Below, one piece after another: positions 48,858-57,928 of a DNA stretch of 64,000 bases; position 1 is the stretch's first letter; each line of letters starts with the position of its first letter. Source of the DNA: a virus. Under the pieces are notes generated by a model. That model was not told the origin of the DNA. It saw only the letters and a program-made list of their open reading frames with translations, and did no database searches. The position numbers and the translations under genes were made by a program. The stretch lies in the IMG/VR virus record IMGVR_UViG_3300005911_000002, positions 9,213-73,212 of that record; one strand, given 5' to 3'.

Positions 48858-50437
48858 TAATTTCCCCTCGTTGCTTTATGAGAAGATTCTCCGAGTGAAA
48901 CTGAGTTAGGTACTATCTTCAACGAACTTTTAGAAGGAGTCATTGGAATGCCGCCCGTGTATCCCATACTCCTGACAGCACTATATGCGGCGGATCCAAC
49001 TCTACTTAAAGCATTATTTTTTGGGGTATCATAATTCCTCGTGGTAGAAAGCTGTTCAATATCTGTAGTATATACAGTGCCTGCCGACGTGTATCCACCA
49101 CCAGACACTTTTTTTAGCAAGGTGAATTTTTCTACACCAGGCAATGACTTTATAGATGATTGCCCGGCCAATAGCGTGTTATCGGCAACCATGCTCTCTA
49201 AACTATCTAGTAGTGATATACGTATAGTTCGCTGTGTATTTGTTACAGAGTTTAACACGGGACTATGTGCTACACCAATATTCTCATTCGAATAAAGGGT
49301 TATAGCGTTAGTACTGTCAAGTGTTTCCCCCGATACTGCAGGAACTCCTGGGTAGAGTGGGCTAACCGGGGTCGTCACCCCTCCCACAACAGCGCTCCCA
49401 GATACGGATGTTTCCCTTGCAGAAGGTGTGGTGGTAACCTTATCTTCGTGGGATATTTCAAAGAAAGATATGTTAAAAGGAACTCCCCGCGGCGTCTCCG
49501 AATTTCTGTTGAATGACGCGCTTAGTATAACCCCTTTTTTTATAACGGTTTCGTACTCTATGACTACAACTTCGTTCTTGCTCGCTATCACAGATCCTCG
49601 TAATCTTGTTCGCATATAGTGTTCAATCTCTCGTGCCCATCGCGGACCGTTACCCACTCCGTTAGGTAATATAAACGACATATTAATTACTGGCTTGTTA
49701 GTTCCGTAAAACAGTACAAAGTCCTTCAAGTTGGATCGCACTATTTGGTTACGCTCTGGTAAACTAACACTAACCGCCTGTAAAAAAAACTTGTCTGTCT
49801 CGAATACTATTTTCGAAGACCCTGCGGTAGGACCATCTGAATCCCCAGTAGTCCGTTCGATCTTTATCATCGAAGGCACTCTTTCCTGATAGTAGTTGCA
49901 CCAGAATGAACCATCCTCCCTAAGGTCAGATTTTTCAGCGTAGTTATCTACATCCGTGACGTTAACACCTGCAGAAAGCGTGCTACCGAGTTCCGCGTTT
50001 CCGTTGGTTGGACGTTTCCCAGTGGTACTTTCCAGTATCATCTTCTGGCTACCGTTCATATATTTAACTAATCTATCAGCCTTGCCGAGTGGATTACCCG
50101 AGATACCGCTAGCAACGTCAATTATGTTCCCCATCACTGCGGCAATATCGTCTAGGGAGTACTCCGGGAGTACAGAGTTTACCGCCGGAGCATAGGAAGT
50201 AAGTGTGGCTGACCCGGATGACGGGATAGTTCGGGCGACCGGGAATGGCATAATTTTACTCCCTAAAGTACAGTCGAACCTGCGCGTGGCATTGTAGAGT
50301 GGTATCTTTTTTATTAATTCGGAAATCCTACCAGTGCTAATCAGGTTGCTGACTGATCTCTCTACTACGGAAGTCCCATCCAAAAATGGAGAGCCCGGTT
50401 GAAAGGAAATCTCGTTAAGTGTTACCGTATCTGACAT
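48857..50437 (-). CDS. Putative tail-tube initiator/baseplate protein
   Basis: FFLQAVS...ER.QIV...FYG..P tube-like segment; position. Confidence 0.45.
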   Translation of the reverse strand: MSDTVTLNEISFQPGSPFLDGTSVVERSVSNLISTGRISELIKKIPLYNATRRFDCTLGSKIMPFPVARTIPSSGSATLTSYAPAVNSVLPEYSLDDIAAVMGNIIDVASGISGNPLGKADRLVKYMNGSQKMILESTTGKRPTNGNAELGSTLSAGVNVTDVDNYAEKSDLREDGSFWCNYYQERVPSMIKIERTTGDSDGPTAGSSKIVFETDKFFLQAVSVSLPERNQIVRSNLKDFVLFYGTNKPVINMSFILPNGVGNGPRWAREIEHYMRTRLRGSVIASKNEVVVIEYETVIKKGVILSASFNRNSETPRGVPFNISFFEISHEDKVTTTPSARETSVSGSAVVGGVTTPVSPLYPGVPAVSGETLDSTNAITLYSNENIGVAHSPVLNSVTNTQRTIRISLLDSLESMVADNTLLAGQSSIKSLPGVEKFTLLKKVSGGGYTSAGTVYTTDIEQLSTTRNYDTPKNNALSRVGSAAYSAVRSMGYTGGIPMTPSKSSLKIVPNSVSLGESSHKATRGN

Positions 50438-51162
50438 TAGGTTGCTCCTTTATAAAGTAGTTTACTGGTATCATATGAACCGGCCGAGGGTATTCGGTAT
50501 TTTAACCACTCGATGTATATCCGAATGCTACTTGCATTCACATTGGTATTGTAACAGTATGCAAGAAGAGTGTCGTCGTCGAAAACATCGTATAACATCC
50601 CAAGCATATCAAATGCCACTACCACCATTTCATATTTATTATCATATTCCGTAACACCCGCCGCTATGAGGTCATCCTCCCGCAGTGAAAATGGGTGTAT
50701 TCTGTACTCCGTAGCTATAGACATTCCTTGTAACACAGAAAGTACGTCTGCTGTTACAGAATCAACCGCAGACAAAACCTGACTGTATATAACACTGGCA
50801 GGCCAATATACGGATATAGACGGTATAACTAGATTGCTTACGACGGCTTTCTCCGTATATTCCCCGCGCACCAGAAACTCAATAACTGAAAATTCAGTAA
50901 CGTCGAGTATAATGGATTCTTCATAGTCGTCGTCTGGAAATGACAGCGTTATAGATGAAGGTAATAGTGCTATTATTTGCGCGGTAGCCTCTATAAGTGC
51001 TGAGTCTTCCGGGGGTGCTTGTATCCACGGGAACCTCGTGACTGTCTCGTTCGCTGCTGTAAATAGATCATCGAATTGTTTAAAAAAACAAGCAATTCGA
51101 TCGTTCATTAGTCCTGTTGTATTGTACTTCTTAGTTATTATATCTAAATTCTCTATTCTCAT
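50437..51162 (-). CDS. Hypothetical protein of the tail module
   Basis: Coupled ORF after the tape measure gene. Confidence 0.55.
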   Translation of the reverse strand: MRIENLDIITKKYNTTGLMNDRIACFFKQFDDLFTAANETVTRFPWIQAPPEDSALIEATAQIIALLPSSITLSFPDDDYEESIILDVTEFSVIEFLVRGEYTEKAVVSNLVIPSISVYWPASVIYSQVLSAVDSVTADVLSVLQGMSIATEYRIHPFSLREDDLIAAGVTEYDNKYEMVVVAFDMLGMLYDVFDDDTLLAYCYNTNVNASSIRIYIEWLKYRIPSAGSYDTSKLLYKGAT

Positions 51163-51174
51163 TGTTATCCCCTG

Positions 51175-54100
51175 CTAAATATTTCTTCTCTGCTTATTGC
51201 CACCTAGTGTAACTGAACCAGTCCTTATTTCATCACGTATCTTTTTTTTCTCATCCTCTTTGGTTTTCCCTGACAAATATACAGCCATTAGTTCTGTAGC
51301 CGCAGCTGTTCTAGCTATGTTAGTCTTATTTACTTCCCCGGTGCTATTTAGCTTATCATCTATTTTCTGTTTAATATATTTCTGTGATTTGAACGTGTTC
51401 ATAATAACATCATCGTATCCGAGTTTGTTAATAAATTCATCCCTTGGCAACGTGCCATCACTCTTAGCTAGTATCTTATTCCCAGCGATTCTTACAGAGT
51501 TAGATAACTTCAAGCCTCCCCAGGTTTTCTGTGTTATAGAAGCTTTGTCCCCGACAGAGCCTTTTATAGCCACAAGGTCCCTGACTAGTAACGCGGCTTC
51601 TGAAAACTGGTAGGCCTTCTTGTCTTTTATAAGCGTGAGTAGTTCTTGGTAATCGTCCTCAAGAGCTGCCTTACTCATACCACCAAGGTTGTTTATTGTC
51701 CCAACCTTATCGGCCACACCTTTTCCGTCCCATGGAGAAATACCTAAGATATCATTAAGAAGACCTATATTACCCGCATTGCCATAGGCTGCTTTATGGG
51801 CTAGGGCTAGGGTTTTTGCCGCATCAACTTCTTTTCTATGGGATGCCTGTATTGCACCCTTCTTTCCTAATGTTCTAATATTGGGATCATCAATTAGTGT
51901 GACAAGTTTATTATACCACGCGGCCATACCTTTTAGTTCGTGGGGTACGACGGTGTTACTTATCATGAATTTCTTTGTGGCGGTCATCCCCATATCCGAC
52001 CTAGAGTAGTCTACAACGTTTCCCCGCAGTCTGGAAACCTTGTTAAAGTCCTCAGATAACCCATATGCGTTCAGGACGGTAGAAATAGATTTTCCTTGAG
52101 CAGCCGATTTAGTTAGTCTGTCCCCTATTGTTCTGACGTCATCCCGGTCCATGGAACGGAGCTTACTTATTACCGATAGCGTTGGGGCTAACATAGGATC
52201 CATGCCAGGCGTAGCCCCTTTCTCTGCTAGTGAAAGTTCTCCATAATAGTCATAATTATCATAAAGAGGTGTATTTTCTTTTCCAGAGCTCTCCCCGCCC
52301 TTTAAGGTATACCCAAACACTTTTTTATTCATATCATAGATTCTCTGTTCTTGTTTTGCAAAGAATTTTGTAAACCTGGATACCTCAATGTTGCGTGTCA
52401 TGTTAAGGTTAGACCCTATTTCTGGATTCCTGTTTGCGTAGATGTTCTGTTGGTGAGTCGACTCCCACTTATCTGGGATTACTCCATGGTAGGCGTTATC
52501 AATAGCAGCATGTTCATCTAGTGTGCCGGGGTTAGAATGGGATAACATAGTTCCCATAACTTGATTTTTATACGCGCTTTCAAGAGCGTCGTATTTCTTT
52601 ATAAACAGTGAACCTGCTTTTTTACCAAGTTTTTTCATTACCTCTGGTGCCCAGATATCACGATATTTCCTTCTTGTAGCATCATCCCTAGCCATTGAAC
52701 CTAATAACAAAGCATTCGATGTCCCTTTGGACAGTTCCCCGTGTTTCCCTCGGAGTTTTACATAGTTCCACTTATTAACGTTTTTGAGTTTGCCTCCGAA
52801 AATAGCCCCCATGCGAGATGCCGCTTGGGAAGGTGTTAATTTCCCCGTATTAGTCAGCGTATCTATTTGATCAAGAGTACTCGTGATAGTATCCATGTCT
52901 CCAGAGTACCCTATATCAGCAAATTCTACTAACGCATGTCCGCCATCCTCCTCTGAGTTCATTATGGACGCGTACTTATACGCGTTGTCTACTCCGCCCA
53001 TCATCTCAAAGTATGAGTTCTCAGATCCAAGTGTTCTCATTATCGCATCGTGTTCCTTCGCATCTTCTACGGAGGTTATTACGTCATTCATATTAATATG
53101 TGTAGCCATTGCTAAATTAGTGGACGTTTTCAGTTTATCTCTATAATATTTCTTGGTGTCATCTAGGGTATTTCCGCCCATAAACCCCCAGAAGCCTCCG
53201 GATTTCCTAAGTTGTTCCTTACGGGTTTCATCATCCTCCATGAAATAACTCCAAGTATTTGCTACCTTTCTAAAAAAACCTGTATTCGATTGGTTTTTGG
53301 CATCTCTGTAGTATGTAGATTTAGCATTAATAGCTATACTTTTTTTCTTAAGATCTGCAGACAAGGCCTCAGACATTCTAGTTATTGGGTCCGTGGCGCT
53401 CACCATGGCGTCCCCATCCCATTTGTTACTGGTATAACCAAGACTGGTGAATGCAGCCCCCAAACTAAGCCTGGTTACAGGTATCCCCCTTGAATCCAGA
53501 AACTCTACTGCGGATCTTCTCGTCATAGCTAGGTTCGCATCTTGACCCATCTCAGATATCTCCCCACCCGATGTATACTGGTATCCAAGAATATCCTCTA
53601 CAGATTTAAGATTTCTACCCGCTGATGTTTGCGTGGAACCGATCGATGTTTTCCCAGTTAGATAGTCTACGTATACTCCAGAATCGTACTCCCCTGTTTT
53701 TGGGTCGAATGCAGAAGCAACTACGCTGCCCATATACGGGCTCTGCGCCCCCGCAACCATAGACTTTTCCAGAATAGCTCTAAACCCTGGGACGCCGCCG
53801 ATCTGTTGGTATGTTCGTGGATTCATATCGGTCACAAAACCTCCATATGCAAGTCGTGCCGCCATATTTGTTATATCCATCCCCATAGTTGCATTAAATC
53901 CGCTTCCTTGGAACCCCACGCCCATCTGAGATCCCCGCTGCATAAGGCTGCCACTCGAAAAACCCGTCATCCTGGAGGTTATTCCAACAGCTGTCATCAT
54001 CTGATCGACATCCGCCCCAGTCCCACGCGCTATTTGTGAGAACATGCCCATAGAAGCTATAGCCTCCTTCGGACCTTGCTCCAAAGCTACCATCCACTGA

Positions 54101-55170
54101 TGGAGCCCGCCTTTTATTATATTCTTAAGTTTCTTTTTAAATTCACCTGCTGGGCTAAACGGGTCGAGAATTCCCTGGTTTATCATCCCTTGGGATAACT
54201 CCATAAGTGACTGTCGTCCAACGGTGCTTCCCTTAGTGTCCATGAGGATGTCCATTACTATATCCTCGATATCCATCGCTTTGACAACAGCTTCCGCCCC
54301 AGACATACCTGCCCCAGAAGAACTACTGCCTATGCCCCTAGCTTTTGATACCGTCTTGATAGAAGACGCCAAATCGTAATAATCCGCTAATTGCACATGC
54401 GACCTAAGACTTTCATCTACAAGCATGGAAGGCCGTGATAGGTATTCACCCACTTTTGCAAACGGGGTGAGTATTGTAGAAGCAATATTGCCCTCACCAA
54501 ACATCACATCGGTACCAAGCTTAGCGATACCTGCCAAAGCACCTACCCCCATGGGGCCGGCTAGACCAGGTATAGCGGATGTTGCCAGCCAAGCAGTCCC
54601 ACCCAGAACTCCAGCCCCAGCATCCTGGAAGAACTGCCCAGTTCTATCGCGAAGCTCTACCCTGGATAGCTGAGCATTTTCTTGATAGGTCTGTGCAGCT
54701 TGTGCAGATGTTATCCAAGGAGCGTAATCGGATGTCATTTTGTCCATTCTTGACTCAAGGCGATACATACCTCCCCCATCACTGAATGGTATCATATCTT
54801 TAATACCACCCATAATAGCGTCGAGCCCCATATCCGCGGAAGCAGTTTCCCATAGGGATGGCTGCATGAATGCGTATGAACTTCTTCTATTTTCGTACAC
54901 CTGTGGTGTGGCGGCCGTTCTCATCTTAGCCATTCTAGCAGAATCGAGGATAGCTTGTGGGTACTGCATAGCACCCTGAGCAATACCATGAGATGCGTTT
55001 GCCATAACACCTCCGACGTTAGCTCCGATACCGCCCCCAAGACTTCCTAGAACGGTGTTGATAGGCGTAGCTATAGTATCCAAAAACCTGGTTACTGTGC
55101 CAGCCAATGCCTGCATCTGTGCTGAAAAATCGTCTTGGTCTATCCTAATCTTATAGGTGGTATCTTCCAT
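51175..55170 (-). CDS. Tape measure protein
   Basis: 1331 aa, G/A/M-rich and helical, upstream of hub genes. Confidence 0.7.
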   Translation of the reverse strand: MEDTTYKIRIDQDDFSAQMQALAGTVTRFLDTIATPINTVLGSLGGGIGANVGGVMANASHGIAQGAMQYPQAILDSARMAKMRTAATPQVYENRRSSYAFMQPSLWETASADMGLDAIMGGIKDMIPFSDGGGMYRLESRMDKMTSDYAPWITSAQAAQTYQENAQLSRVELRDRTGQFFQDAGAGVLGGTAWLATSAIPGLAGPMGVGALAGIAKLGTDVMFGEGNIASTILTPFAKVGEYLSRPSMLVDESLRSHVQLADYYDLASSIKTVSKARGIGSSSSGAGMSGAEAVVKAMDIEDIVMDILMDTKGSTVGRQSLMELSQGMINQGILDPFSPAGEFKKKLKNIIKGGLHQWMVALEQGPKEAIASMGMFSQIARGTGADVDQMMTAVGITSRMTGFSSGSLMQRGSQMGVGFQGSGFNATMGMDITNMAARLAYGGFVTDMNPRTYQQIGGVPGFRAILEKSMVAGAQSPYMGSVVASAFDPKTGEYDSGVYVDYLTGKTSIGSTQTSAGRNLKSVEDILGYQYTSGGEISEMGQDANLAMTRRSAVEFLDSRGIPVTRLSLGAAFTSLGYTSNKWDGDAMVSATDPITRMSEALSADLKKKSIAINAKSTYYRDAKNQSNTGFFRKVANTWSYFMEDDETRKEQLRKSGGFWGFMGGNTLDDTKKYYRDKLKTSTNLAMATHINMNDVITSVEDAKEHDAIMRTLGSENSYFEMMGGVDNAYKYASIMNSEEDGGHALVEFADIGYSGDMDTITSTLDQIDTLTNTGKLTPSQAASRMGAIFGGKLKNVNKWNYVKLRGKHGELSKGTSNALLLGSMARDDATRRKYRDIWAPEVMKKLGKKAGSLFIKKYDALESAYKNQVMGTMLSHSNPGTLDEHAAIDNAYHGVIPDKWESTHQQNIYANRNPEIGSNLNMTRNIEVSRFTKFFAKQEQRIYDMNKKVFGYTLKGGESSGKENTPLYDNYDYYGELSLAEKGATPGMDPMLAPTLSVISKLRSMDRDDVRTIGDRLTKSAAQGKSISTVLNAYGLSEDFNKVSRLRGNVVDYSRSDMGMTATKKFMISNTVVPHELKGMAAWYNKLVTLIDDPNIRTLGKKGAIQASHRKEVDAAKTLALAHKAAYGNAGNIGLLNDILGISPWDGKGVADKVGTINNLGGMSKAALEDDYQELLTLIKDKKAYQFSEAALLVRDLVAIKGSVGDKASITQKTWGGLKLSNSVRIAGNKILAKSDGTLPRDEFINKLGYDDVIMNTFKSQKYIKQKIDDKLNSTGEVNKTNIARTAAATELMAVYLSGKTKEDEKKKIRDEIRTGSVTLGGNKQRRNI

Positions 55171-55193
55171 AATGTCCCCTCGAATTATTCATT

Positions 55194-55358
55194 TTATCTA
55201 TCCAACATATCGTTTATTTTACTTTCCAACCACAGAAGCTCGTCTAGTTCTGCCTCGGTAAGTTGCTCCCCGTCATGCACCACCTTGGCCAGAAACTTTA
55301 AGTACCTACCCATGTACGGTGCCACTTCTGGGAATCTTGGGGAGTTGACGTTGTACAC
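55194..55358 (-). CDS. 54-aa hypothetical protein (not in ORF track)
   Basis: AGGGGGA SD, GTG start, MYNVNSPRFPEVAPY...MLDR. Confidence 0.5.
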   Translation of the reverse strand: MYNVNSPRFPEVAPYMGRYLKFLAKVVHDGEQLTEAELDELLWLESKINDMLDR

Positions 55359-55395
55359 AAAATCCCCCCTTTATCTTTACTAGATCCTACCATCA

Positions 55396-56337
55396 TCACC
55401 CCTTCATTGTGGAGGTAGTCATTCTATACGGAGTAATCACCGCAGAATTCAAATATGTACCCCATGCAGGGATTGTATCCTTCATTTCTTTTAGGGCTTT
55501 CATAGTCCCGCGTTCTTTTGCTATATTCGAGAACCCGCGCATAGAGGCCACAGCTTCTTCAGCAACCATTGGCATCCCCCCGAGAACTGAAACAATCGGA
55601 GCAAACCTTTTGTACTCTTCTGGGGCAGCCTTCGCCATGGCCATTCCCCCAATGGTAGAGTATGTTGGTCCTAGTTGTCTGGACAGGTTGTACAGTTTTT
55701 CTACCGCCGGCGACATTTTACTCATGTTTATTGCGTGCCCGGCCTCGTGCATCCCAACCCCTAGATTAGCGTACTCTGGCATGTTTATAACACCGTCTGT
55801 TCCGCGCACGGAACCGAAAAATGGCCCGTAATCAGAGTTCACTGCTTTTTCTCGCATCTTAGCTATAGCCTTTTCACCCAAAATCTTCCTAAGCATGGGG
55901 CGATCTGCGAGGTTGTCGTCGAATAACTTCCCAATAGCGTCCGGAGTTATCTCAGCTTTAATACTGCTCCTAGACAGAAAGTCCTCAACCCGAGACACCG
56001 CTTTTGCGTGATCCTCCGGAGAGAGTACTTTGTTGGGGTTAATAGCTATTTTCCCAAGCAAGTACGTTGCAAGGGTGCCTTCCGCGAACCTCTGTACATG
56101 CGGGTTTTCTTTCAGAGCCTCCCCGGCTGTGTCGCCGAATTCGCGAGCCTTGCCCTTCGTAGTCTGTATCAGTTCGGAGTGTTCATTGATCTTATCCTTT
56201 ACCTTCTGGACAAGTGACCCAGGTCCTGTGTGCTCCGTGACCGTGCCCCTAGCTTTCCCAATAAATTGCTTTGCTTTCGCAAATATCCCAGCTGTTTTCG
56301 TCATACGCGCTTCTAAACACTTGGCCAGTAATGTCAT
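55396..56337 (-). CDS. Putative zinc metallopeptidase with KTA propeptide
   Basis: HEAGH plus downstream EEAVAS; promoter TGGACA-17-TATAAT at 56402-56374. Confidence 0.7.
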   Translation of the reverse strand: MTLLAKCLEARMTKTAGIFAKAKQFIGKARGTVTEHTGPGSLVQKVKDKINEHSELIQTTKGKAREFGDTAGEALKENPHVQRFAEGTLATYLLGKIAINPNKVLSPEDHAKAVSRVEDFLSRSSIKAEITPDAIGKLFDDNLADRPMLRKILGEKAIAKMREKAVNSDYGPFFGSVRGTDGVINMPEYANLGVGMHEAGHAINMSKMSPAVEKLYNLSRQLGPTYSTIGGMAMAKAAPEEYKRFAPIVSVLGGMPMVAEEAVASMRGFSNIAKERGTMKALKEMKDTIPAWGTYLNSAVITPYRMTTSTMKG

Positions 56338-56475
56338 AATATCCCCATTCTACTTTTTATTAATATCTATCATATTATAGCACGATTGTCATATGATGTC
56401 CAACAGAATGATGATTGACATGGGAAAACACCTTTATCATGGTATAAACAATAGAATAATAATAGGAGGTGCGAC

Positions 56476-57090
56476 ATGGACGTATCTATTACTTTTAAAA
56501 ATGGCGAGGATCGCCTACTACAAGACACAGTAAGCACTCTCTGTGCAAAAGGTATCGAAGTGGAGCTGTCGTCAAAAACAGCAACACAGACCATTAAAAA
56601 GGAGAACAATATGTCTGGTGTTCCAGATGATATAGTTAAGAATCTTCTGAGGGGGTTGGTAAGCCCAGTTCTTCGCGTGAAGTTCAAAGCCAAACATCTT
56701 CCAACGGCTAGTTTATCAAAGGATATTCTAAACAGATGTCGTTTTTGTATTGAAGGTGCATCTGGAAAAACCTACCATAAGTCAGTGTTACTTACTAACG
56801 GCATGCCATGCGACCCGGTAAAGGAGAACATCTACTGGGCTAGAAAAGGGCTGATATTGCTGATATGGGAAGACATAGGATCGTTTTCTTACAGATTGGA
56901 GTATTTTAACTCCAGGTACGGGTCATTCTCCCCGGTACTTATCGCAGAAGAAACCGATGTTAACCAGGTGAGTCTTAATATTGTAAGACCCACGCTGGTT
57001 AAGAATCTAATTGTTTCTGATATTGAAGAGAGAATACATACATCTATTATGGAGATGCGGAATCAAATAGGTCGAGCAGAGACCGTATAG
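56476..57090 (+). CDS. Hypothetical protein, possible degenerate HNH motif
   Basis: AGGAGGT SD; TNGMPCDPVKENIYW. Confidence 0.55.
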   Translation: MDVSITFKNGEDRLLQDTVSTLCAKGIEVELSSKTATQTIKKENNMSGVPDDIVKNLLRGLVSPVLRVKFKAKHLPTASLSKDILNRCRFCIEGASGKTYHKSVLLTNGMPCDPVKENIYWARKGLILLIWEDIGSFSYRLEYFNSRYGSFSPVLIAEETDVNQVSLNIVRPTLVKNLIVSDIEERIHTSIMEMRNQIGRAETV

Positions 57091-57844
57091 TTTTCCAATA
57101 CAGTAAATGCTTCTTGGGCTTCCTTAATGATCTTATCCTCAGTCTCTTTCTTCCATGGTTGAATTACTTCGTCAATAATACCGGAATCGGTTCCAGTAAG
57201 AGATGCTAGGAAGCTAAAAAGAAGTTTCTCCTTATTCAGCTCATGAAATACAAATGAGTAAGCCACCCCTTCTTCATGGGGTGGCATTGTGTCAAGCGCC
57301 ACCCCGTACTTATATTTCAAGACGCATCTTGCATAAGTTACGGGGTGGTCTACTAGTTTTTTAATTCACCATATGTGAGATATTTTTTTATATTTTTTAT
57401 TTCTTCTAGCAATAGGTCTTTTATCACAGTGATAAGACAGGCTTCCGAACCACGGAACATTTGTATCCTGGAAGCTAACAAGCACTTTCTTGGGTTGTCC
57501 CCGTATAAGCTTTTATTAAGCTGTACATAATTATCGTTTATCCCAGCTATATAGCACCCAATACTGCTCTGGAGTTGTATCTGCATAGCGCCTTCCCCGT
57601 AAGTCTTGGCGTCTGCAATAATATCTGTAGCAATGTCTGATACTACTGACAGGTCAGAACCTGCTAGAGTTTCAATATGTACTTTATTCCCGAACACATT
57701 CAGGTCAAAAGTAGCAACCCTCTTAAATATAATATCTGACAGAATCCCAAGGTATTTTTCAGGGACTACTAACCGTTCCTCTTCTTCGTCATTCACCTCT
57801 TCTTGTTTTACTACATCTTCACTGGTTTTAATATCTTCTGACAT
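57063..57844 (-). CDS. Tail assembly chaperone (57353-57844) with -1 frameshift extension to 57063
   Basis: A-AAA-AAC heptamer at 57362-57356 directly before TAG; the -1 frame is open into ORF 57063-57320. Confidence 0.7.
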
Positions 57845-57928
57845 GCAACTTACCCCCTACGAGTTATTTTTTAACATGGTACTCTAAGTTGTGTGTGGTT
57901 GTCAAGAAAAGGTTTCCTGCTGAATTAT

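Noticed and set aside
56476-57090. Active HNH homing endonuclease
   Set aside because: Only a partial NG..D...EN.W resemblance, with the catalytic His missing.
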